Below, piece by piece: positions 36,326-48,230 of a stretch of 64,000 bases of DNA. This DNA is from Octopus bimaculoides (taxonomy: Eukaryota). The stretch lies in assembly GCF_001194135.2 (NCBI RefSeq), contig NC_068987.1, positions 81,718,005 to 81,782,004 of the forward strand, read 5' to 3'. The first letter of the stretch is position 1. Each line of letters begins with the position of its first letter. The notes under the pieces were generated by a model. It made no database searches and was not told the origin of the DNA. It worked only from the letters and a program-made list of their open reading frames with translations. A program made the translations under genes and the position numbers.

Positions 36326-37829
36326 AGTCCTTTGGCAGAAGCAGCTTGACATAATGCCATCAAGTTTGATCCCTTGAAGTATAACTGGTACCATCTACAC
36401 AATGGGCTTCCACACTGCTTCTATCTACCCAAGTAGACTATGCTGGGAGACACCTAAGGTGGCCATAAAGTAGGAGTGAACCTGGGACCTTATGGTTGTA
36501 ATGCAAGTTCCTTAACCACTCAACTATGTCTACATGCATGTCCATGTATTGTTTATGATATCAGAGGCCATCAGAATCTGAACACATTGTTAATTAAATT
36601 GACAAAAATAATTCAATGTGTTGCATTTTAAAACAACTGATAGAAAATATTGAAAGAGGGTATTATTTTTGTTTTAATCAATATTCATTAGAGAAGAAAA
36701 AGGGACAGCCCCAACAAAATGTAGTTGCCTTCAGCTATTTCTATAAAACTGAAGTAATAGCATGTTGAACACAAAAGATGTAGCGACTGCAGCTTCCTAT
36801 TTTAGCTTGAGAGATAACATTCTACTAGTTATAATGGTAGGAGATTGAGAGAGGAAGAAAGATGTGACTATAACAGGAGTGGCTGGTTATAGAAACAAGG
36901 AAATATGTGACAATAACAGGAAAGAGAAAAGATATGAAATTTTGAACAAATTTGTAAGAGAAAATTCTAAATTCTTTGAAGTCTATAGGTTTCATTTCCC
37001 CATGAAAATCTGTGGTTGTGTATGTGAATGTATTTGTGTGTTTGTTTGTATGTATGTGTATTGTGTCTATGTGTGTGTGTGTGAGAAAGGGAGAGAGGGA
37101 AAGAGAGGAATGATAAACAGGCTTGTTAGATATGCTGGAGACAGCATCAGTCAACAATCATATGAATGAGCCAACAAGAGAACCTCTATGCAGTCGTTTG
37201 ATCTGTTAGAAACAGTAGTAAATTTTTTTTTTCAAATCACAGCCTATAGTTTAAATGAAAATACATTGGACATGATGTAGTTCCTGGTATAATGCCTACA
37301 GGTGAGATGGTCATAACTGGCATGCCTTTGCTCATAGGCCAGCATTGTCCAATGTATCCTCGTTCAAATATATAACTTGAGGGAGATCATCTTCCAAATC
37401 CATTCATAAGGCTTTGGTCAGCCCAAGGTTATAGTAGAAGACACTTGTCCAAGGTGTCACACAATGGGACTGAACCCAGAACCATGCAGTTTGGAAGCAG
37501 GCTTCTTATTTCATAATTATCTGTCTTTGTTATTGTTTAGTCTCAGGCCAATACTGATAAAGTACACTTAGTATTGAAAGATTTCTATCTACTTTTTAGA
37601 CTTACTTTATCCCAGACTACTTTTAGTAACAGTTCTTCCTCTTTTTGAAAGTCAGCTGAGTAAGATTTGCACAAAGTTTAGTTACTATTTCTAGCAAGTC
37701 AAGTGACCACCTACAGGCCCATTCATAGAATTTTGTGAAATTGAAGGTATCTTAAATACTGCTTATTTTCATGTCTTTCACATAAATTCTTCTAATAAGG
37801 TTACATTTTTTCAACCAAACAGAGTAAGT

Positions 37830-38500
37830 ATGGAAGTAGTTTAATATTATAGTGCAGGATATATTGGTATGGTTGATTCTTTCCTCCTTTAAACTCCAGA
37901 TATATTGAGAAAGGTTAACTGAGTTTCATTTATCACTAGATATGAGCTGGTAGATATACCAAGTATATCTGCACTTCAATGTACTTCTGGTGAGACTGAT
38001 GTAATTTTTCATGCTGTCATCTACCGAAGATACCTTGTTTCAAACACAAAAGTCTTTGTTAGGCATCTATCATTAAGAGAAAAGGCTGTATTATCACTGC
38101 AGAATTTGGCTATTCAGGATTGCTTGCATTAATTCCAGCTACAGAGGTAGCAATATATTTGCTGCAGCTGTAACTAGCTTTTATGTTGTTTCTACTGAAC
38201 AGCTTGTGATATTTGGTTATTGGGGAACAGTACATTGATGAATGTTGAGAAGTTCCAAGTTATGCTGGCATTATACTGTCACTGGAAGGGAAATTATGGC
38301 ACACTATTTGTATTTCCCTGTCTGGCTGGTCAGTGTGTTTTGAATTACATGTTTTATAATTTGTTTGAGCTCACTTTCATTCAATAAGTCTTTATAGTAA
38401 TGCACGCTATGATTGAGGGATGCCTTGTCAGAGGATATATTGGAGAAACTTTGCTAAAGTTATTGATTAGGTTTGTTAAGACTGTAGGGAGATTATTTCA
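37830..38500 (-). mobile_element. Penelope-like element endonuclease region (second PLE type), degenerate
   Basis: HKLFSRNNIKASYSC...FSLNDRCLTKTFVF...NYISLTRSTLKCRY...NLSQYIWSLKE, matching the usual PLE pattern LFNRNNVKVSYSC...CPL.G.CL...YIG.T..FK.RY...LS.YIW.LK. Confidence 0.62.
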
Positions 38501-38689
38501 ATTTCTATAGAGATAATGTAGTTCTTTGTTAGGATTTCTATAAGAGTGGTATTTATCAGTAATCAAATATAATATCTAATAACTTTATTATCCTAATGAT
38601 AGTTCAGACAATGATTTCTGAAGTTAACATCTTTAAAATTATTTAAGTTTTCCTAAATTTATCTAAATCAGATTCAGCCTGATGTAGTG

Positions 38690-39560
38690 GGACATTACCA
38701 GCCCATCATCTCTATACAATCATATGCATGATAATTTGAATTTACTTTAGAATATGGATTCTGTGGTTGAATGGATTTTCCTGGAAGCTTGAAGATGAGT
38801 AGAAATGACATGAAGCACAGCCTCTCTTGGACACAAGACCACTACATTACATCACACTTTGAAGGCTATGCATTTGCAATCCAAGAACAGGAGATTACCA
38901 CAAAGTACCTGGTGAACAAGAGAGACAGTGACGCTCTTGTAATCACAAGGTGCAACCACATCTGTGGGCTATGTCGTGTTTCTGTGGAAGACATTGCATA
39001 TGTGATTAGCAGCTGTCTTAAAATGTCATCATGGTACTACCTCCCTACGTGGCATGATGTTGTTGCTAAAACAATTTTCAATGCCCTCCGCAAAAAAAAC
39101 TGTCCTGAAATAAACTTTAGAAATCCCTCTGTTGTGGAATACATTCATAAACACCAACTCAAGGAATACTGGTGGAATATTCCCATCAAAACTTCTGTCA
39201 AATGTAAACATAACAGGCTGGATATTGTTGTTTGGGACAAAGAAAAATAGGATATCAATGGACAACTGCTTCGAAAGCTCTAGCTTCTATATCCAGACTA
39301 TGAATTCATATTCATATCAATAATAATTGGAGCACTGGATTTTGTTAGTAAATGCTTAAAGGAGAATCTGGATAAACTGGGATTTCCAGAAAGAGAAATC
39401 GACCGGCTGGTCTGTACATTACAAGTCCAATCTGTGAGTGGAACAGTAAATATATGCAAGACTTTTCTCAAGTTCCAAATGTGAATTTGTCTGTGTTAAC
39501 TACATCCCAAACATGGAGCCTTGTATCTTTGTTAGAAACTGGCTCCTTCCTCAGTGGAAG
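38690..39560 (+). mobile_element. RLE-type (R4/Dong-like) non-LTR retrotransposon, zinc knuckle plus endonuclease, disabled
   Basis: ITSHFEGYAFAIQEQEITTKYL...CGLCRVSVEDIAYVISSC...WHDVVAKTIFN...YWWNIPIKTSVKCKHNRLDIVVWDKEK*, a deletion, then KLQLLYPDYEFIFISIIIGALD...GTVNICKTFLKFQM* (stop at about 39483). Confidence 0.85.
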
Positions 39561-39844
39561 ATTTATAAAAATTAAGAAATAGAAGAGACATGGACACACA
39601 CACTCACATATACATGTATGTGTGTCCATCCATTTTACACCCATAAATATGTACGTATCATCATCATCATCATTATCATCATCATCATTATCATCATTAT
39701 TTAACATATATTTTCCATGATGGCAAGAGTTGGACAGTTTGACAGGAGCTGGGAAGCCAGAGAGCAGCACCGGGCTCCATTGTCTGTTTTGGCTATAGAA
39801 AGCATGCCAAAGTAGACATACATACACATGTACATACTTATACA

Positions 39845-40038
39845 TAGGCGCAGGAGTGGCTGTGTGGTAAGTAGCTTGCTTACCAACCACATGGTTCCGG
39901 GTTCATTCCCACTGCGTGGCACCTTAGGCAAGTGTCTTCTACTATAGCCTCGGGCCAACCAAAGCCTTGTGAGTGGATTTGGTAGACGGAAACTGAAAGA
40001 AGCCCGTCGTATATATATATGTGTATGTATGTGTATAT
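39845..40038 (+). mobile_element. SINE family A 5' head (3' part in gap)
   Basis: TAGGCGCAGGAGTGGCTGTGTGGTAAG...GGTTCCGGGTTCATTCCCACTGCGTGGCACCTTAGGCAAGTGTC. CpGs are retained, suggesting a young copy. Confidence 0.88.
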
Positions 40039-40406
40039 NNNNNNNNNNNNNNNNNNNNNNNNNNNNNNNNNNNNNNNNNNNNNNNNNNNNNNNNNNNNNN
40101 NNNNNNNNNNNNNNNNNNNNNNNNNNNNNNNNNNNNNNNNNNNNNNNNNNNNNNNNNNNNNNNNNNNNNNNNNNNNNNNNNNNNNNNNNNNNNNNNNNNN
40201 NNNNNNNNNNNNNNNNNNNNNNNNNNNNNNNNNNNNNNNNNNNNNNNNNNNNNNNNNNNNNNNNNNNNNNNNNNNNNNNNNNNNNNNNNNNNNNNNNNNN
40301 NNNNNNNNNNNNNNNNNNNNNNNNNNNNNNNNNNNNNNNNNNNNNNNNNNNNNNNNNNNNNNNNNNNNNNNNNNNNNNNNNNNNNNNNNNNNNNNNNNNN
40401 NNNNNN

Positions 40407-40439
<33 letters not shown>

Positions 40440-40503
40440 ATACATATATATATGCTTATAGATAGGTAGACAGATAGACAGACAGACAGACAGACAGTTA
40501 AAC

Positions 40504-40539
<36 letters not shown>

Positions 40540-40540
40540 T

Positions 40541-40576
<36 letters not shown>

Positions 40577-40656
40577 CATAGATAGGTAGATAGATAGATA
40601 AACAGATACATAGACAGATAGATAGATAGACAGACAGACTGACAGATAGATAGATA

Positions 40657-40874
40657 TGTAGGGTGCTGAAAAGTTGTTGGCTTTGGGTAAAAAAAAATAC
40701 GCAGAAGGATCAGTTAATTACAATTTTATTTCACATATTCCCCTATAAGATTCACACACTTATTGCAGTAGTCCTTCAGTTTTACTAAGCCTTGTAAAAG
40801 TACCCGGAAGGTTGGGCCTCCATCCAGGCCTTTTATGATAACTTTAAAGCTACAGGCTTTTCAGCACTCCCTCC
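40657..40874. mobile_element. mariner-type MITE, degenerate TIRs
   Basis: GGGTGCTGAAAAGTTGTTGGCTTT...AAAGCTACAGGCTTTTCAGCACTCCC. Confidence 0.7.
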
Positions 40875-41145
40875 TGTGTGTGTATGTGTGTGTGTGTGTG
40901 TGCGTGTGCATATGTGTATACATACATTCATATCTGTTTGTCTACCTATCTATCCAATAATAGGAACCATGCCAAATCAGACTGGAGCCTGGTGCAGCTC
41001 CCCCAGCTGGCCAGCTTTGGTCAAACTGTCCAACCCATGCCAGCATGGACAATGGACATTAAATGATGATGATGCTGATAAGGATGATGATGACTGTAAC
41101 GATGACTACAATGACGATAATGACAACGGTGACGACGATGATATA

Positions 41146-41193
<48 letters not shown>

Positions 41194-41930
41194 GCTGAGA
41201 AAAAAATACCTCAGGAATGTTACTTTCACCAACAGATTTTAAAAACAAGTTCTATTCCAATCTGTATTGTTTATAGTGTATGGAATTGCTATCAACTGTT
41301 TCTATAGGAGCCATTCCTTTTGGTTGCTGTTTTTATATTTCAAATGTTCCTTGAGGACATCTAGTCTACTAATTGCTTGAACAATCCTACTTGATCAAAG
41401 TTTTTATTTAACTCTATACATTGCATATTATGGGACTCTAGTGAGCTTTTTTTGTTTTTGTTTCTTCTGATCATACTAATGCTCCCATGTATATAGATAT
41501 CTTGACTGTTATATTTTCCTGTTTCATTGTATTTAGTTTATTTTTCATTTGCTAACCCCTGTTACATAAATATTATTCAATGATGTATGTTCTCAGGGTA
41601 TTTACACTAACACTTTTCTTTTTAACGGTCTGCTACTGATATATTTGAATTATTTAATATTGTGCATCCATGAGAGATATTATCTCCAAACGAATATCGC
41701 AGTTAATTTGGCTTTTCATGATTTATTTGCTTTAAGCATGATACACAGAGGGCTATTTCAATTTCATACTGCTTCTGTTGCACAAAACGGGTTTATTTCA
41801 TATTTTTGACTCCCGATGGCATGGCGATTATTTTTAAATGTTTCTCTTACAACAAACATAGTGAATAAAATATTTCTTGCTTCTGATTCAGTATACATAC
41901 ATACATACACACAATCTCATGTGTGTATAC

Positions 41931-41981
<51 letters not shown>

Positions 41982-43148
41982 TGTANNNNNNNNNNNNNNN
42001 NNNNNNNNNNNNNNNNNNNNNNNNNNNNNNNNNNNNNNNNNNNNNNNNNNNNNNNNNNNNNNNNNNNNNNNNNNNNNNNNNNNNNNNNNNNNNNNNNNNN
42101 NNNNNNNNNNNNNNNNNNNNNNNNNNNNNNNNNNNNNNNNNNNNNNNNNNNNNNNNNNNNNNNNNNNNNNNNNNNNNNNNNNNNNNNNNNNNNNNNNNNN
42201 NNNNNNNNNNNNNNNNNNNNNNNNNNNNNNNNNNNNNNNNNNNNNNNNNNNNNNNNNNNNNNNNNNNNNNNNNNNNNNNNNNNNNNNNNNNNNNNNNNNN
42301 NNNNNNNNNNNNNNNNNNNNNNNNNNNNNNNNNNNNNNNNNNNNNNNNNNNNNNNNNNNNNNNNNNNNNNNNNNNNNNNNNNNNNNNNNNNNNNNNNNNN
42401 NNNNNNNNNNNNNNNNNNNNNNNNNNNNNNNNNNNNNNNNNNNNNNNNNNNNNNNNNNNNNNNNNNNNNNNNNNNNNNNNNNNNNNNNNNNNNNNNNNNN
42501 NNNNNNNNNNNNNNNNNNNNNNNNNNNNNNNNNNNNNNNNNNNNNNNNNNNNNNNNNNNNNNNNNNNNNNNNNNNNNNNNNNNNNNNNNNNNNNNNNNNC
42601 TTTCCTAACATCAACCACTCAGCAGAGTGCTTTTTATGTGGCACAAGCACAGGCGAAGTGAATAGTGCTTTTTACATGGCAGAAGCACAGATGAGGTCAG
42701 TTTTGGCAACCACTTTACAGTGTGGACTTCATGCTTTTAAGTGGCACCTGCACTGACAGGGTCAGCAAGTACTTTACAAGACAAAATCTTTTAAGAGGGT
42801 AGGAGGCATTGGAGAAGGTGATGATGAAAAGGTTATAGTGAGACAGATACAGGTGTCTTGCTGTAAAGGAAGTACAAGGTTACCCGGCCAGAGAGAGAAA
42901 GATCAAGAATGAAGACAGAAACTGGTGTACTACCACATAGAAAATACACAGTTGCCCAACCTGAGGGAAGTACAGGAGAAAGAGAGAGAGGGAAACTGCA
43001 GGTTGGAGATAGTGGCAAAATGCTGGGCATACTCACAAGGAACAGGAATCAATATATAAATGAGAGGGTTGAGTAAAAGAAGAGAGAGATGTAGATAGTG
43101 GCAAGTGTCAGGGCATACCCTTGCAGTTCAAATGCCATACACACATAC

Positions 43149-43222
<74 letters not shown>

Positions 43223-43425
43223 TCAAAAATGGGAAGGCCAGTTTATGAGATAACCTTAGGTTTCCCATCCATAAAGGGTTTAGCTTTATGGCATATCATC
43301 AGATCCCAAAGGCCTGTTAGCCTATGATCTCTTGAAAATATGGAGGGGGGAGATAGATAGATAAATAGATAGATAGATAGATAGATATGTACATACATAC
43401 ATACATACACACATATACATATATA

Positions 43426-43466
<41 letters not shown>

Positions 43467-45489
43467 GCACACACACACACACGTGTATGTGTATAGTATG
43501 TAAACAAGCCAGTTTTTCATTACCTGGCCTTAGCTGCTTACACGATGTATATGTACATTGTAATATCAATATGCTACAGCATAGGTACATCTACCTATAG
43601 CATATCAGATATGCCAATAGCATAATAGCTAAGCCTGTCAACAGCATAGCATAAATCTGCAGGATAGCTAAGCAACATTCATCAGACATTAACACAGTTT
43701 TACAAATATGAATATTGATACTTTACTTTCCCATTATTGACAGCCAAATTTTTTATTCAGTTAATGATTATTAAATAAACTATTACACTCATGAGATGAG
43801 TGTAATAATAGTTGTTTAGTAGACTTTCTGAATAATTATAACTGCCTCATAGAGAATTACAATGGCAAAGAATTCAGTAACTGTGTGATTGTTTCCTTCT
43901 GTGAAAGAATGTTTTGTCCAAAACATTTAATTTATATTTTTGCCCTTCAATCCATTCCATTTTCCAGTAAATTTTTATTGGTACTTCTCTCCTTGAGGTA
44001 GAGATAGCTATTTTGAAAGTACACCAATTAGCTAGTACATCCATTTCATGAATGTAATAGTATACTTACTAATGCTTTTGTAAATAAGAATTTACTTATC
44101 AATAGGAAAGTACCTGAATATTATTATCAGATGCTTGTATCTGCTTGGTGTGCAGACCCAAAATGGCCATCTTCAGAAAGTGTTTTTGAATCAGATGTTT
44201 GGTCCATCACTAGTGTTGTCTGTCATTGTGCAACATTCTATCACTTTTTAAGGTGTGTCAATAGATTTTCTATAGAATTCAAAGCCAGCACTGTAAGTTA
44301 TTTCATAAACAAATGTGTCTTTGTAAACACTGCTACTGAAGATAGAAAATAGGTTTTGTGTGTATATGCATATTTTAAAGATTATTGTTCTCTCATCAGC
44401 ACCTTATCCAACCTATAAGTTATTCACAAACATATTGTTTAAACACCCACTAAATTTAGTATAGTGTAACATAACTGGATTGATCAATTTTGTATATTCA
44501 AACTCAATTTCTGGCTACTTGCATGTTTATTAGAATGCAGGAGATCCATGTTAGCACATATAAACAACGTCTGTATTATTCTTTTGGACATCTAGAAAAT
44601 TGAGATGGTTGGCACCACGCTGAAGGAATGCAGAACATTAAGAGAAGCTTTAACTAAGACATATTGATGAACTTTTGAATCAGCACATTTATGTGTCAAC
44701 CAGCACTTGTTTGATTAAAGGCTTGGATAGAGTTAATTTCGCACAGTGGATACAAACTGGTTTAAATGAGAAGCAGACTGAGCAGTCTCTTCTAGAATGG
44801 GCAGAGACGAAAGCTGTTCTGGAAAGGTTGGACGAAAATGAGATTATTGAGTGCAGCTGACTGGACGACATGCGTTATTGACAGTATATTTTGGCATTGA
44901 AAACAAACACATATGCATGAGATGAAGAGAGAGATGAAGAAGAGACAGAAAAACACTACATATATATACAATCATAACTAGATGCTCACACATATTGAAA
45001 GAGAGAAAGAGGAGGAAGAGACCAAGAGGAGCATTAAAATGTCTATTGTCTAATAAGTCCGCATCAAATCAGCAATTCCAAATAGATGGAGCAAAATGTC
45101 TCCTACCCTGACTACATCACTTCTGCCATTCCTTCATTTCCATTTGTTGTTTCCTACAAGACTGGCTGTAAATCCATCACCTTATAATATTTCCTAGCAA
45201 AACATTACCTTGTTCTGTCTCACATCCTTTGCCATTATTGCAAATAAAGAAACTACTGCTAGGGCAAAGATAATGGAAATGTAGCAAGCTGGCTGAATCC
45301 TTAGCATGCCAAAGATAATGCTTAGTGGCATCTCTTCCAGTTTTACATTCTAAGTTCAAATTACATTGAGGTTGATTTTGTCTTTCATTCTTTCTCAGCC
45401 GACGAAATAGGCACCAGTTGAGCACTTCGATCAATGTAATCAAGTGGTTCTCTCCACCAAAATGTCATGCTTTGTGCTTATAGTAGAAA

Positions 45490-45510
45490 GTATTATTATT
45501 ATTATTATTA

Positions 45511-45568
<58 letters not shown>
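45490..45568. repeat. (ATT)n microsatellite extending from a SINE B tail
   Basis: Follows TAGTAGAAAG, the SINE B terminus. Confidence 0.9.
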
Positions 45569-46117
45569 TACCCTGTGTGTGTATATGCAAAAGCAGGGTA
45601 TTGTAATCACTCATCGACTTTGCCTTTCGTCTTTTCGGGGTCAATAAATTAAGTACCAGTTGCATACTGGGGTTGATCTAATTGACTGTCACACACCCCA
45701 CAAATTTCAGGCTTTGTGCCTAGAGTAGAAAAGATTATTTGCTTGTCATGGTATGTGTGTGTTTCAGTGTAATGCTTTAAACAACCTTAACTATTGGATG
45801 AAATCAAATTATGTAAATAATGAAACTGGTTTGAAGAGATATACCATATTTTATAACATAAAAGATGCACAGGCAGATTAGATGTACTCTAGTCTCAGCA
45901 CCACATGTTCAGGAAAAGAAGTTTTTAGTGTATTAAAGCATGTAATATAGACCCAACTTTGCATATAGGTCCCAGGTTGATGTTTTGAGACATTTAGTGG
46001 GGGGATGGGGAGGGTAAAAGTCCACCTTATATACCAATCAAGGGAAATATGAAAATTTATAGAATTGATAAAATAAAATTTCCACTGGTTCTGCTAGTTA
46101 CTATTATTATTCTTATG

Positions 46118-46443
46118 TGAAGGTGCATGGCTTAGTGGTTAGGACATTCGGCTCATTATTGTAAGGTTGTGAGTTCAATTCCCGGCGACGCATTGAATCC
46201 TTGAACAAGACATTTTATTTCACGTTGCTCCAGTCCACTCAGCTGGCAAAAATGAGTAGTACCTGTATTTCAAAGGGCCAGCCTTGTCACACTCAGTGTC
46301 ACACTGAATCTCCCTGAGAACTACGTTAAGGGTACACGTGTCTGTGGAGTGCTCAGCCACTTGCATGTTAATTTCATGAGCAGGCTGTTCTGTTGATCGT
46401 ATCAGCTGGGACCCTCGTCGTCGTAACTGACAGAGCACTCCTT
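46118..46443 (+). mobile_element. tRNA-derived SINE family C, full length, 16-bp TSD
   Basis: A box TGGCTTAGTGG and B box GTTCAATTCC. TATTATTATTCTTATG is duplicated at 46102-46117 and 46444-46459. Degenerate heads of this family lie near 25678, 49080 (minus) and 58040. Confidence 0.88.
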
Positions 46444-46814
46444 TATTATTATTCTTATGATAATCGACAGAATCATTAGAGTATCAGAAAAATGTCTTGT
46501 GGTATTGGTTCCAGCCCTTTATGTTCTGAGTTCAAATCCTGCTGAGGTCAACTTTATCTTTCATCCTTTTGGAATTGATAGGATAGAGTACCACTCAAGT
46601 ACTGGGGTTAGTTTAATCAATTAAAACCTTCCCCTGAATTGTTGATCTTGTACTTAAATTAGAAATGATTCTTATTAATGGCAGTGGATTAGAGATCAAC
46701 AGAGCAATAAATGAATGAACTTGTGGTTTTTAGTTGTGTCGTCCCACTTGGTTCTGAGTTGGATGATCTTGGGGATAATCCTTCTACAGTTGATAGAGTT
46801 AAGTGCCAGCCAAG

Positions 46815-47230
46815 TACTCTGATTAATACAATAAACTGCATTCGACACTCTCTTCATAGCTTTAAGTCTGTAGAAATAATAATTAATAATAAACTATCAC
46901 CTCGCTCTTCTTAATTTTCAGCCTTATGCCTATGGAAATAATAATTAATAATTAATAAAAGTATTGCCCCCTCGCCATTTAATTTGTAGTCTTCTGTCTA
47001 TAGAAATTATAATTAATAAACTATCACCCACTCCCCATTTAATTTGTGGCTTTATTACTATATAAATAATGATTAATAAACCATCACCCCTTCCCCTCAT
47101 CAATTTGTGGCTTTATGTCTATAGAATAATTACTAATAAACTGTCATCTTTCCCTCCTCTTGTCTTTAACAATAAATAAACTACTCTCCTTCTCTCCTCA
47201 ATTGTGGTTATTGTGTCTATAGAAATAATA
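46815..47230. repeat. Degenerate ~60-65-bp minisatellite, about 6 units
   Basis: Recurring TAATAAACTATCACC(C/T)...ATTTGTGGCTTTATGTCTATAGAAATAATAAT. Confidence 0.7.
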
Positions 47231-47391
47231 GCACTGTTCAACAAATTGTTTGTTTTTCATTTGAGATGAAGTTAGCCTTTTACAAATAAGTCATGGATGT
47301 TCATTCCTAACCAGTCTCTTGGCTTTTCCCTAACATGTCTACCTATTGAACTGTGACAGTCTCTATTTTCCTCAATTTTATCAATATTTAA

Positions 47392-47591
47392 CCCTTTAGA
47401 ATTCACATTACTTTGTCAAATGTAATGCTTATTTATTCACATTGTTTTGAATTAGTCATAGTTGTGAGATTTCTGCCACATGACTTTTTACTTTGGGAAT
47501 TATATTGTAAGATAGGTTAGATTTGGCTGACTTGAAGGTAGAAGGAGGTAGAATATTTAGACCGGATATGACTGGTTTGAATGCTGATGGG
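47392..47591. mobile_element. piggyBac-type MITE (200 bp), TTAA TSD
   Basis: TTAA|CCCTTTAGAATTCA...TGAATGCTGATGGG|TTAA. A solo matching end lies at about 30040-30060. Confidence 0.8.
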
Positions 47592-47729
47592 TTAAGTTGC
47601 ATGAAATAACATTTTCAATAAAGTTGTTATTATTGTTTAAACTCAAACACATTGATTAATTCATACATAATCGATTGTTATATCATTTTTATGTCACATA
47701 TTAAATTAAATTCATATATAATGGAAGAA

Positions 47730-48230
47730 TATATGCATTGTTAAATGTGTTGTGAATCTGATTTTGCTCTTTTAAACACGGTCTGGGTCATTGTGATATA
47801 GCATTCAACAAGTCAGGTATCAGGCTTTCATTCCAAACTACCTGGTTTCATATTTCCATTGCATGAATATCTTGACGGAATTGTTCTCTTTTGTCATCGC
47901 TTATTGCTTCAAAAGCTTTTGAAGGGAAATCTAGAAGAGAATGTAAGAAGTGTACATTTAGTGACAACTGACAACCTATTTTCTTTTTGCAAGGTTACAA
48001 AGCAATTATCATCTCTGCCTTTACATGACGTATTCTTATTATTCTGCAGCAAGGTTTTTCATAGCAATTCATAAACCTGCCAGGCTTTTAATCACAATAT
48101 ATTGAAGGTTTATGCTGTTTAAGTTTTCTTTAAAACTTCCCTGATTTGCAGCCCCATAGAGAAATATCCTCTTTTAACCTTGACAATCTCACATTTAGTA
48201 ATATTTTAGAGTTGTAAAGCAGTGAGCACA
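47730..48230 (-). mobile_element. DNA transposase C-terminal remnant, tentatively CMC/Chapaev3-like
   Basis: IGCQLSLNVHFLHSLLDFPSKAFEAISDDKREQFRQDIHAMEI*NQVVWNESL, preceded by frameshifted LKEDI..G.QIREVL and AWQV segments. This matches the GC.MSLK.HFLHSHLDFFP...GERFHQDI...RYQGKW motif. The superfamily name is from memory. Confidence 0.65.

Noticed and set aside
39845-39930. tRNA-like A/B boxes (also 46122-46185 and 36107-36200)
   Set aside because: No cloverleaf is recognisable, and each continues into a multi-copy SINE body, so these are SINE heads and not tRNA genes.
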